Positions 37,073 to 49,339 of a stretch of 64,000 nt of DNA are shown piece after piece. Both the position numbers and the translations under genes were made by a program. The notes below the pieces were generated by a model. The model ran no database searches and was not told where the DNA came from. It saw only the letters and a program-made list of their open reading frames with translations. The stretch lies in contig NC_082709.1 in the NCBI RefSeq assembly GCF_030144855.1, positions 148,800,001-148,864,000 on the forward strand. The letters are read 5' to 3'. The first letter of the stretch is position 1; every line of letters begins with the position of its first letter. This DNA is from Hypanus sabinus (lineage: Eukaryota).

Positions 37073-38961
37073 TACACCAGCCATTTAATGCATCATTCAA
37101 AACATATCAGTTTTGTCAATTAACCTTCTGGCTAGGTTGTATATTGACAGAGACATCCTTCAACACTGTAATAAAAGAGCTATATATTTTGAGTGTCTGC
37201 AGTTTGTACTCAGGCTTTTGGAAGAGATACCAGTATTGAAAATTCAAAGGGTTTCTTCCAGTTGGGATGTGTAGAGGGCTAGCAAGTGATAAAATTTGAA
37301 GGGGACCATCTATTATCAAGTTCCCTGCATGAGGCTAGGATCTTCTCATAGGGGTCATATCTGCAGTAGATAGAGCAAAACTATGAAGACCTGAAGGTGT
37401 GCCAAATTTGGAAGAAAATGGAAAATCTGGAAGATCTGAGTCAATCAGTATACATCAATGGGATAGAAACAGTCAATGTTTCAGGTTACAGACCTCACAC
37501 TGGAACTGGGAAATCAAGAAAACGAATGTTTTGACTTGTAAACAGAGGGAGGGATGAAGAGATCAGAGGTATTTTTGGTGCTAAGCTACAGATTAAAGTT
37601 GATATGCTAACAATTACTTTCAGAGAAAAATAGCAGTTGAAACAAAGACCTGCCCACATTAATGGGATAGAGGGAGAGTATGTGAAATTACCATAAATAG
37701 TTTGCACCCAGAGTTCCTGATAACAGGTGCATCTCGGATCATCGTGACCTAGTTTCTGAGGAGTTGATGTTCTGGAATGGACAGTGCACTATGGAAATGG
37801 TCACAAGCATGTTGCTCTCTGAATTTAATCCATCACTGAGTTGGGGTCGGGGGAAAAGTACAATGCTGCGGAGTTTCTAAATCGAAACATACTAATATTT
37901 TTCCAAGTATACTTTGATTGAAATTGAAATGACCTTAAAATAGAATCCATGAACATCATAAAAAGAGCTTTGTCACCATTCAGGTCAACTAATCCCGGTT
38001 TCAGTGTGAATCTCTCTTTCCTAAGAAATAACAGATTTGACAAGTTGTCTTTACTAAAAGCATGAAAAATCTTTATATTTTTAGTCAACGTCAACATAAC
38101 TACATGTACAATTTTGAATCCTGAATTTAAAATCCTCTCTTTTTGAATCATACATGATTAATTTATGCTGAAGTTTTGATTACTAACTATCTCATGTTTT
38201 GAATTGTCTCAGAATCTCCTTTTCAAAGTGTTGGTTCAGGATTTCCTAATGGATGACAAAAGATCCTAACTTGATGCTCAACTAGATTTTTGCCTGTACT
38301 TTAGCACATTTTCTAGTGACATCTTTCTCAGTGAAACAAGCTCCATCTCACTCAGCAAATACACAGTGAGGCCCTTACAAATATGAATATCATCACGCAG
38401 CTATGTCTGAGCAAACCTCTCCCACAGAAAAGCTGTGTGTTAATGTCCATCACAAACCATCACTTTAATCAGTGAATTAACTCTTCCTCATCCAGTAACT
38501 AGCTATCCATTGCTAATGTCATTGATGCTTCCACATACAGTAACCCCTAAGGATTCCTTTGAATACAGCTTCTGAAAGTGGAGGAGGAACATTTGGGTGT
38601 GCAACAACATCAGAAGAACATGCAGACCCATATAAATGGCAGAAGAAGTGCCCCTTCACTTAAATTGCCTACTCACTGCCGCATCTGTAGAAAGTCACCA
38701 CAGAACATTAGTAGAAACAAACCTTTATCATCAGGGAAAGAACGTCAATAGCTGTCCAACCTCCTTCCCTTCATTTCTCTTCTGGATATATATTTGGTTC
38801 AAAATTACTTTAAAAGCTATATTTTATCCACTGAAGGTAGCTTCTAAGAGAATTGACCTATTGCATTGTCTTTACCTAATCACTGGCATGAGGACGTTTG
38901 GAATTTACTCGATAAAATTCTATTTTAATATACACGATTTAAAATGATTTGGCCATTGAAG

Positions 38962-39870
38962 ATCAGAATCAGGTTTAATATCACTGGCGGATGTCATGAA
39001 ATTTATTGTTTTGCAGCAGCAGTACAGTGCATAATAAAAGCTCTATATATTGCAATAATAAAAATATTTTAAATATATATATTTAACTAAATAAGCAGTG
39101 CAAACAGAGAGGGGGATAGGTAGTGTACGTGGGTTCATTGTCCAAAATATGATGGTGGAAGGGAAGAAGCTGTTTGTAAAACACTGAGTGTGTGTCTTCA
39201 TGCTCCTGTACCATCAGCATACGATAATGAGGGCATGTCCTGGGTGATGGGGTCTTTAATGACGGACGCTACCTTTGTTAGGCATCATCTTTTGCGGAGG
39301 AGGATAGCACCCATGGTGGAGCTGGCTGAGTTTACAACTTTCTGTAGCCTTTTTCCCCAATGCTCTGTAGTTGCCCCTCCATGTCAGATAGTGATGCAGC
39401 AAGTTAGAACGCTCTCCACGGTACCTCAGCAGAAATTTGAATGAGTCTGTGGTGACGTATCCAGGTATCCTCAAACTCCTAATGAAATTTAGCCACTGTC
39501 GTGTCTTCTTTGTAACTGTATCAATATGTGGGCCCAGCATAGAACTTCAGGGATGTTGGCACCAGGGAACTTGAAACTGCTCAACCATTCCACTGCTGAT
39601 CCCTCAATGAGGACTGGTGTGTGTTCCCTTGACTTCCCCTTCCTGAAGTGCACAATGGATCCCTTGCTGCATTGAGTGTAAGGTTGTTATTGCAAAACCA
39701 CTCAACCAGTTGTTCTACCTCACTGCTGTACGCCTCCTTATCACCAACTGAAATTCTGCCAACAGTAGTTGAGTTTTTAGCAAATTTATGGATGACATTT
39801 GAGATGCGCCTTGCCACATGGTCACGAATGTCGTGAGTGGAGCAGTGGGCTAAGCACACATCCTTGAGTG
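38962..39870 (-). mobile_element. Rex1/Babar-type LINE 3' part
   Basis: Tail TCAGAATCAGGTTTAATATC on the + strand; minus-strand WLNFIRSLR, EVEQLVEWFCNNNLTLN. Confidence 0.82.
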
Positions 39871-40429
39871 CAATAATAGGCAAGTGAATTGTTTTTATTA
39901 CATCCACTATATTCTGAAAAACATCAAGAAATAATGTTATAGATTTTGTTTTTTATGTAATTGGGTCATATCCCAAGGTAGTATTTTGAGTTGTGGACTG
40001 AAATATTGACAGCATGATAAAATGTATTTGGTTGAAAGCAATTTTCATTGGCCATATAATAGCAGAGTGAATCTGGTAACAACACTGGTAGCAGAACTCC
40101 AGCATTGCTGGGACAGTCCAAAATGTTGTGAATGATGAGCTCATGAGGGAGCATAACTAACTCTGGACTTTATTTGCCTAGTTCAAAAAAAATAGTTTTG
40201 TACATCCAACTGATTCTGTTACTCCAGTGTACAGAGTATATATTTGCTGCCAGGATTTCGGGGTATGTTACCATCTTAAAAGAACTATGTAAGTACAAAT
40301 TGCTGTTGTGCCTTTTTTTGATACACCTAGTCCGTATGTACCTATTTACCTACGTAAAGTTCAAAGTTACTTTGAACTTGGAACTTTATGTAATGATATT
40401 TTAAATTCAGTTTGTATGAATTTGCAGAA

Positions 40430-40795
40430 TGTCTCCAGTAGTAGATCGCAGGGAATCATGGGTTTGCGCCTCTGGTGGACTGTATCCTCTCCAGGGTGCA
40501 AGCCTAGGCAGAAAGACTTGGAGAACCGGCTGTTCCCCCTCTCCACGTCACTGATGTAGTCCAAGGGAAGGCGAGTGCCGATACAGTTTGGCACCAGTGT
40601 CGTCGCAGTGGTTGCCAGAGTGAAGCTGTAAGCAACATCAAACTGTCTCAGGAACCCCAGTTCCGGATTCCTTCCTTGGGTTTTGCTCCCGAAGCCTTTC
40701 CCATGGGCGGGTTTGGCCGCAAGGCAGCGGAAATTTAAAATCAGAGTTTTCCTTCTCCTAGGTGGGCTACCGTCCAAGGCTGACAAACCCCACCT
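40430..40795 (-). mobile_element. RTE-type LINE 5' UTR remnant, CpG-rich
   Basis: Minus strand reads GGTAGCCCACCTAGGAGAAGGAAAACTCTGATTTTAAA...CCACCAGAGGCGCAAACCCATGATTCC, which I recognise as RTE-family 5' UTR sequence. No ORF2 follows. Confidence 0.55.
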
Positions 40796-40976
40796 GCAAA
40801 ATGTGCCATTTATATATCATCACATATAAAATAGCTTCAATATCAGTAATGCCACTGAAGATCCAGAGACATGAATGATATTATGTGTTTCCTGACCAGA
40901 GCCCTAAACAATATAAAGTTGATTGAGCTTTTAAATTTCCCCCATCTTTTAAATCTACTCCTCAGCCTTTTTTTTC

Positions 40977-41014
40977 CAGTCCTGCCGAAGGGTTTCAGCC
41001 CAAAACGTCGACTG
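40977..41014 (+). ncRNA. Minimal type-I hammerhead-ribozyme-like motif of PLE origin (two core substitutions, probably inactive)
   Basis: CAGTC-CTGCCGA-A-GGG TTTCAG CCC-AAAAC-GTC-GACTG. Stem I CAGTC/GACTG and stem II GGG/CCC pair, and the palindromic ACGT is present. CUGA is changed to CUGC and GAAA to AAAA. Confidence 0.55.
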
Positions 41015-42619
41015 CACTGTTTTCTCACACCAGGCCTAGACTCTCCGGGGATCATGTAGTCGTGCTGCTTCTTTAGTGCACTGCATTGGCTGAGATGAAC
41101 TCTCTCAGGATCAAGTTGGGAATGATAAATAGTACAAATTGTTTCAACCGTGGGAATTAGACTCAGCTAAATGCTCTTTGCATGAAATTGGGCTTGCTGT
41201 GGCTGTGATCAGTAACATCTGGCTGCAGTTGGGAAGAAAGCCAGGAATCTACATATGTTCCGGCCCTGGATGTATGCAGAAAGAGGAGTGCTGGGAAACT
41301 GAGATGTTCTGCATTCTTTTTTTGTTGACTGATTTGGTGTTTGAACATGACCAGAAAGATGCAGTTCAGAAGCCTCCACCACTTCCTATAAAACTGGAGA
41401 AATCTCCCCACCTCCTAAAAGTTAACAATGGCGTTTGGTGACTATCGACCCATTTCAGAAATGATTTTTGTTCCATGGTCACCACACACGTAAAAATGTC
41501 TGGAAACTCATTTAGCAATATAGACTCTTACTGTTTAAATAAACCCACAATATTTAGTTTATCTGGTTTAGGCAAGACAATTAGTTTATTATTAGTCTTC
41601 ATGTTGCATCCTAACAGTTGCTACTATTTTATGCCGTTTGACCACCATTCCAAAAAGTGGTGGAGCTTAAACAAAATGTCTGTGGGCTCACATTCCAGCC
41701 AGCTGTGAGAGTCCAGCCTTTCAAAATACAGACAGCAAATTTAAGTTAAGTTGATGAGCTTAGATGTAGAAATATTACTTAAACTTGACTGTTTCTTTTT
41801 CAATAGCTGTTTTTCCATATTCAAACATGATATGGAATGTTGAAAACAGAGAATAGATTACACGTCTTTTAAAATCAAATATAACCATAATTATCAAAAA
41901 ATGAGCTCTATGAACAAGCACCATTAAACACTGGTTATTCAAGATTCACGATTCAGGAGTGTTTAATGCCATTTCCAGCAAAATAATTATTACTCTGGAT
42001 TTGATACAGCACAACAAACCCAATAAGATAAAGAAACAATAAAAACACAATAAATATAAATACATAACATAGTTTATGTACATAAGTTGATTCTATGTTT
42101 GTAAAAACAATCAGTGAGATCAGCTCATTAGAGAAGTTTTCTGTAGTGCAGTAGTGCTTTAAAATGTTTTAATGCAGTGAACCATTCACATATTCAAAAC
42201 TCGTCTTTCAATCAGATATTAACACCACATGCTCTAATGCTGCTTCCTTCTGGATGTCAAATTTTTGGTGGAATATAAACTAACTATAGAAAGAGAAGGA
42301 AGCAGTTGTTGCTCAAATTAAAAAAGGGTCATAAAATAATATAAACCTGAGGTCTATGACCACATTTGGTATAGATGATACTATGATTTGCTTATTTGCT
42401 CATAGTCCATATCATCTGTACTAAGTACAACACTGAAATTTCATTCAAGTTAAGGCTTTGGCAAATAGCAAGAAGGATTGTGGGCAAACTAAATTCTGGT
42501 TAACATTACATGTTATTTGAATGACCCTGCAGGTGGGGGATATGGACTAAAATGTCTTATTGCCAAGATTCACCACCCTCTAACAGAAAAAGTGGTACAT
42601 CAGATCCTAATCTGATGAA

Positions 42620-43475
42620 AAACGTTTGTGGGATCACGGAGGAACATCTGGAAATCTCCAGGAAGGCCTTCTTCGTTGCTGCTGTGAGGTCCGGGTCTAT
42701 GCTGAGAAGAACAGGCCCCCAGTCCTCGGGGTCGCGTTGCCTGTGGCGGGAGCGCTCGGCAGAGGATGGTGCTCAGAGAGGCTGTGCCGGAGGGGGTGGT
42801 CGGAGACTCGGAGGATCGATGGACTCGGACTCTGCTGCAGCCAAGGCGCTTTCACTCTGTGCTGTGTCTGCGGGGCTGGGTCTGACAGAGCTTTCATTGT
42901 GTGCTGCGTCTGCGAGGCTGAGTCGGGCAGTGCCTGGGAAGTCCATAGCGGGGGTATTCCCTTCTGCTACCTGCGTGGGATGATGAATCTATTGGGACCC
43001 TGAGAATTTGTGGAAACTGTGTGGTGGTTTCTTTTGAACTTATAGTCCTTTAACATCTTTGGGCTATTTTTACTGTGCCCATCGTCTGTTTTTTTTAATC
43101 AATTATGATATTGTCTGCACTGTTGTAACTATATGTCAACTATAACTATATGTAACTATGTGGTTTTGTGTAGGTCTTGTAGCTTTAGTTTTTGGTGTGT
43201 TGGGTGGTAGAGTTGGTCTCCTGATTTGGTGAGTCTGGGTAGTCTTGTTTTGTCTGGTGGGTTTGGAGCTCCTTTCCGGGGAATGTGCTAAGACGGTAGC
43301 GTGATATTAATATGCAGCAGCCTCTCTGGACTCTGGATTTGGGGATTACCAAACATTATATGGATTTTCTGTTTTGTCATGTGCTTTTCTGATATCATTC
43401 TGGAGAACGTTGTCTCATTTTTTAACTGCATTGCATTTGTGGTTTCTAAATGACAATAAACTGAATCTGAACTGA
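42620..43475 (+). mobile_element. CpG-rich non-coding retroelement-like sequence ending in a Rex-like tail
   Basis: GC/CpG-rich 5' half and T-rich 3' half. Ends AACGTTGTCTCATTTTTT...AAATGACAATAAACTGAATCTGAACTGA. No RT motifs in any frame. Confidence 0.55.
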
Positions 43476-44605
43476 AAGTGCAAGCAGAGCTGATAAAGCA
43501 AAATAAAATTCCAACTATGTTTCATGGCTTTTTTCCCCCAATTACCTCTTGGAATCTAGAACTACGGAAGACATCTGTTTACAGAGAGGACATTAAATGC
43601 AGCGTCATGGAGAATATGGTTTTACCCGGCACAGTCCCAGAGATGGACATAGAAACAATGAGAGAGTTGCGATGGTTCATTTATCAAAATAAACAGATGT
43701 TTGGAGGCATGAATTTAAAAAAAAATTTCCTCTTGAAAGGCAATTTAAATTTGACAATTATTCACGGAGGGGGAGAAGGGCTTGCAGAACCTTACTCAGT
43801 GGATTGGTTGCTAAATGGAGTGATCTGCCTCTGGAAGTAAATTGGTTTGAGCCCATTCTGTCCACCATCAGTTTAGCTCCTGTTTTACATTTCAGATCAA
43901 CATGGCACCAGATCTGTGAGTCGAATGGTGTCCGTCTGTGCTGTAACCCTTGGAGATTCCTAAAAGTGTTTGGTTGAAAATGCTTCTACACTTGTCACAT
44001 CACACACCTCAATCACCTTACTACATGACAAAATCAGAGCATCATTCCCAACAGAAACTCAGTTTAAAATCATTCCATGAGATGTACATGATTGTGCCAT
44101 CTACCACTTTTTAACCACATCAATGTTTCTGATGGAAAACGATCACTTGGACATCAGACCGGCCTTTGAGTCTTTATAGCAGCAAACTTTTCTTCATTCT
44201 GTTTCCCAGCCTTTAATTTGGACTTCGTCACAGTGGTCGAATTAGGTACAAGAATTTGCAAAGGGGGTTCACTTTCAGAATTGCTCAATTCAAAAGCATG
44301 CATTGTCTTAGCAACAAATTGGCCTCTTTTTTTAAGGAATTCAATGCAAGGCCAAGAAAATGTTGGGAGAAAATCAGTCAAGATTTTATTGAATAGCAAA
44401 GCAGCCACAAGGGGCTGAATGGCATTCATCTGCTCCTGTTATATTCTTCAAAATGCAGGCATAACTGAGTTTTTCAATACTTTTTGTGTTTTAGGATTAT
44501 TTATTATGCAGGATGAAATAAGATAAAGAGGGCACATGAAGGCTGTAGTTTATCTTCAGTAAAATCAGCTGATGCCTCTCACCCTAGCTGGCCTTTAGTA
44601 TTTCG

Positions 44606-44850
44606 ATGCCACAGTAGCACAGGAGTTAGTGCGATGCTATCACAGCTCGGGAGGCGTTCCTGAGTTTGGAGTTCAATTCCGGCACCGTCCGTAAGGATAC
44701 AGTACAGCAGGTTCATCCCACGTTCCAAAGACTACTTGATTATTAGATTAATTGGTCATTGTAAATTGTCCCCATGATTAGGCTAGTGTTAAATCAGGGG
44801 ATTCTGGGTGGTGCAGCTCAAAGGGACCACTCCGTATGGTATCGCTAAAT
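44606..44850 (+). mobile_element. tRNA-headed SINE (HE1/V-SINE-like)
   Basis: A-box-like CAGTAGCACAGGAGTTAG, B-box-like GGAGTTCAATTCC, and core TCCCACGTTCCAAAGAC...TTAATTGGTCATTGTAAATTGTCCC. Confidence 0.7.
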
Positions 44851-45844
44851 TAATGAATTAATTCCAGCTGCCTTTGCCGAAATAACATTAAAATAGGAAT
44901 TGAGATCTCAGCAAAATACTCTTGGAATATAAATTAAGATCTTTAATATCATACATCATAAAATGTAGATTAATTAATTAAAAAGCTGAGATTTGATACA
45001 ATGTAATCCATAGTGCAAAAATATACAGCTTTTGTAGATTGATTAATAACACATTTTTAAAGAATATGTTACAAGATGGCACATTCAAATATGTGTGTGT
45101 GTTTGTTTTTAGCTCAGTAAACAATATGTTATGTAACTTTTAGTTTTACCATAACTGTTCTATCTAAAGCAAAAATGAAGTCTAAGGTTAAAGTTGCAAT
45201 GGTGATTTTGGCATTCATGAAATTTGTTTAATAGTATTATCTTCTTGAAAACGTTGTACATCCCATGGTGCTCCAGGCTTGTAAATGTATCACAGCAACA
45301 GTTCACCTCAAAAGTGTGACGGCTAAATTATCAACACACTTTATATGTGCTGTAAAATTGTACAGAACTAAGGCACAAATTATTCAAAGTACTGCTTAAA
45401 TCCTGTTCATGAATACTAATAAAAATTGGCAAGTTCTTCAGCACTTTCTGCTATTATTTCAGATTCCTAGCAACTTTGTTTTTTTTTTGGTATGCTTAAG
45501 CAGAATAATTCATGATATTTGTGCAACTAATGCATTTTAATATCTTGGATTTCATATTTTGAAACCGATTTTAATTTGTCTCTTGCTCTGTGTGCTTTCA
45601 CCAAGATCTATTCAACGTGCCAGCTTTTATGTTGTTTCATTATTACTAATGCTGAAGAATTTTCATGTGATAATTTGCACATCCATAATCTAATATCCTG
45701 TTTCTCGATATCACAGAACATTTGACTTTATTGAGAAGTCGCATTTTACTGCAGACCTCTTGCAAACCTTTCCCATCTTGAACAATTTTCACTTTGGATC
45801 ATGAAGACCCTGAGCTTAACTTGTTGATTGTCTTCCTTCTCCTG

Positions 45845-46056
45845 TAGCACCATCAGTAAGGACCCCCATCACCCAGGACACACTCTCTTCTCATTGCTAT
45901 CATTAGGGAGGAGGTACAGGAGCCTGAAGACATACATTCAATGTTTTAGGAACAGCTTCTTCCCCTTTGCCATCAGATTTCTAAATGGACAATGAACCCA
46001 TGAACACAACCTTATTATTTTTAATATCTTTTTGCTCTACTTATTTAATTTATTTA
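45845..46056 (+). mobile_element. Rex-type LINE 3' end, target of the Tc1 insertion
   Basis: AAGGACCCCCATCACCCAGGACAC...AGGAACAGCTTCTTCCCC, the same as 63540-63690. Confidence 0.75.
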
Positions 46057-47597
46057 TAGAGCCTATAAAAAGTATTCACCACTCCGCCCCTTTTAAAACT
46101 ATGTTTTATAGTTTTACAATTTAGCAATGGATTTAATTTGGCTTTTTTTGACACTGATCAACAGAAATAGACTCTCTCATGTCAAAGTGAAAACAGATCT
46201 CTACAAAATGATCTAAATTAATTACAAATATGAAACCAAAATAATTGATTGCAAAAGTATTTCTCTCTCTTCCCCCCCCCCCCTTTTAATATGACACACC
46301 AGATCATCACTGGTGCAGTCAATTGGTTTTCGAAGTCACATAATTAGTTAAATAGAGATCACCTGTGTGTATTCAAGGTATCTCAAATGATTGTAGTAAA
46401 AATACGCCTGTATCTGGAAGGTCCATCTGCTGCTGAGTCAGTATCCTGGCAAAAACTACACCACAAATTCAAAAGAACACTCCAAGCAACTCCGCAAAAA
46501 GGCTGGTGAAAAGGCAAGTCAGGAGATGGATACAGAAAATTTCCAAGTCACTGAATATCCCTTGGAGTAGAGTTAAGTCAGTCATGAAGAAGTGGCGAGA
46601 ATATGGCGCAGCCGTAAATCTGCCCAGAGCAGACCATCCTCAAAAACTGAGTGACCGTGCAAGAAGGGGACTGGTGCGGGAGGCCAGCAAGAGACCTGTG
46701 ACGACTTAAGAGTTACACACTTCAGTGGGTGAGATGGGAGTAATTGCACATCCCATAAATATTGCCTGGGTACTTTACCAGTCACAGCTTTATGGGGGAG
46801 TGGCAAAGAGAAAGCTACTGTTGAAAAAAAGCTCACATGAATTCCTGGCAAGAGTTTGCCAGAAGGCATGTGGGAGACTCTGAAGTCTGTGCTTAAAACT
46901 CCATTCCTACATAAAATGTGGTGGGGGCTGCATCATGCTGTGGAGATGCTTCACTGCAGCAGGCTCTGCAAGGCTTGTGAAGGTAGATGGTAAAATGAAT
47001 GCAGCAAAATACAGGAAAATCCTGGAGGAAAACCTGATGCAGACTGCAAGAGAACTGCGACTTAGGAGAAGATTTGTTTTCCAGCAGGATAATGATCCCA
47101 TGCACAAAGCAAAAGCCACACAGGAATGGTTTAAAAACAACAAAGTTAATATCCTGGAATGGCCAAGTCAGGGTTCAGACCTAAATCCAATTGAGAATTT
47201 GTGGCTGGATTTGAAAAGGGCTGTTCACTCATGATCCCCATGAAATCTGACAGAACTTGAGCAGTTTTGTAAAGAAGAATGGGGAGAAATTGCAGAGTCC
47301 AGATGTGCAAAGCTGATAGGAGTCCTATCTACACCGATTGAAGGTTGTGATTGCTGTCAAAGGTGAATCTACTCGGTAAGTACTGACTGGAATGGTGTGA
47401 GTACATATGCAGTCAATTAATATATGTGATATTTGTAATTAATTAATTATCATTTTGTAGAGATCTGTTTTCACTTTGACACCAAAGAGTCCTTTTCTGT
47501 CAAAAAACACCAAATTCAATCTGCTGAGATCCAATGTTGTTAAACAATAAAACACTGAAACTTCCAATGAATACATGAGTACTTCTTATAGGCACTG
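46057..47597 (+). mobile_element. Tc1 (DD34E) DNA transposon with ~200-bp IR/DR-type inverted repeats; transposase pseudogene
   Basis: N-terminal HTH remnant (KISKSLNIPWSRVKSVMKKWREYG..NLPRADHPQKLS). Catalytic region MLWRCFTAAG...FQQDNDPMHKA...WPSQGSDLNPIENLW has 34 residues between D and E. Ends GCCTATAAAAAGTATT / TACTTCTTATAGGCACTG. The segment carrying the first Asp is deleted at ~46890. Confidence 0.9.
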
Positions 47598-49050
47598 TGT
47601 GTATATGTATGTATGTATATATGTATAAGCTGAGCTGATTTGTACGTGAGTCAGAAAGATCAGTTTCCCATAGTAACACATTTTATCATACGATGTATAA
47701 TTCCTAATATTGTTTCATGTCATTGAATAATCAGCTTAACACTACCCATTGAACTGATAGAATATATACTGTATTTATTTAATGAATTCCATGATTTTTT
47801 TATTGCTAGATTAAAAATGCTTTAAAAATTTATGGAGGAGTTTGTGTAAGTTTGGATTTTCATAAATCAGGTCATTCATAACCTGGCAAGCCCCTGTATT
47901 TGAATTGGTTAAAAGATTTGTTTTTGAATTGGAAATGCAGTTAGAAGACAAATACATAACTCATTCCACTGTTCTATAATCTAACCAGACATGTAAAGGC
48001 AAGTTCAGCATTGAATGTATTGGACCACTGAACAATAATTATTGGTGCATTTTTCCTCCATACCTTTGGACTTTCTGTTGTTTGGTTGAGCTTTCAGTAA
48101 AGTTATGGTGATGTGGCAGAAAATCCAAAGATGAATGGAGTTTTGGGCTGGTAAATCTTCTATTACTAAAGTTCCACAGCCACATCAACTTTGTTGACCT
48201 TGAGCTGACTGATGAGGTGTGTGGGTGTGCGATGTGGATTGATTTAGTCATTGTCTGCTCTCTCCTCTAAATGATGGCTTTGTCTCAATTTTTTGTGTTC
48301 CTCTCAAGCTCTGAAGCCACATCTGTACAGATAATAATGTACCCTTTAGAAATTGCTGTAAAAGATTTGTGTGCTGTGATGTCTGTCTCAATGACAAATT
48401 TTCAACATTACTAAGTTACTTTGATTTGTTGAAACTAAAGCAAAGGACTATTCTTATATTTCATTGAAAAATAAATTGAGCACTGCTCGTTTCTACCTCC
48501 TACCCAAGATCCCACAAACCCAGCAGGCCTGTTGTATTTGCCTGCCTTGTCCCATTGAACTTGTGTTTACATACTTTGACTCCATTTTGACCTGCTCAGT
48601 TCAGTTGTTTCCTGCCTATATCTGTGACGCTTCACACACGCTGAATCACTTCAATCCATTTCTTGGCCATAATCACCACTTTCACTATGAAATCTTGTCC
48701 CTATACACTTCTATCCCTCAGCAGAAAGGCCTTAACACTCTCTGCTTCTTTCTGGACAACAGACCCAACCAGTGCCCTCCACCACCACCCTCCTCCGTCT
48801 GGCAGAACTGTCAATACACTCAACAATTTCTCTTGCGGCTTCTCCCACTTTATCCAAACCCAAGGTACAGCCTTGGGCTCAGCTGTGCCTGCCTTTTTGA
48901 CAGCTATCTACACTGTCCCACATAGCTGACACTGGTAATGTTCCCTAACTCTTTCTAGACTATACTTTCCTGTACCCATGCTGAGCTCATCAATTTGGTC
49001 AACTTTGATTCCGATTTCCACCCTACCCTCAAATTTACTTGGTTCATTTC

Positions 49051-49339
49051 CAACCGCTCTCCCCTTTCTCAACCCCCCTCTCCCCTTTCTCAACCCCCCT
49101 CTCCCCTTTCTCAACCCCTCTCCCCTTTCTCAACCCCTCTCCCCTTTCTCAACCCCTCTCCCCTTTCTCAACCCCTCTCCCCTTTCTCAACCCCTCTCCC
49201 CTTTCTCAACCCCTCTCCCCTTTGTCAACCCCTCTCCCCTTTGTCAACCCCTCTCCCCTTTGTCAACCCCTCTCCCCTTTGTCAACCCCTCTCCCATTTC
49301 TCAACCCCTCTCCCCTTTCTCAACCCCTCTCCCATTTCA
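49051..49339 (+). repeat. Minisatellite, 15 units of a 19-bp consensus CAACCCCTCTCCCCTTTCT
   Basis: Counted: 1 unit with G, 2 x 21-bp, 5 x 19-bp TTTCT, 4 x 19-bp TTTGT, then 3 units (two with CCCATTTC). Confidence 0.97.

Noticed and set aside
42552-43003. Overlapping 143-aa and 125-aa ORFs
   Set aside because: Explained by GC-rich, stop-poor repeat sequence; no domain motifs.
49051-49339. Regular repeat as a possible CRISPR array
   Set aside because: Units are contiguous with no unique spacers, there are no cas genes, and the context is vertebrate.
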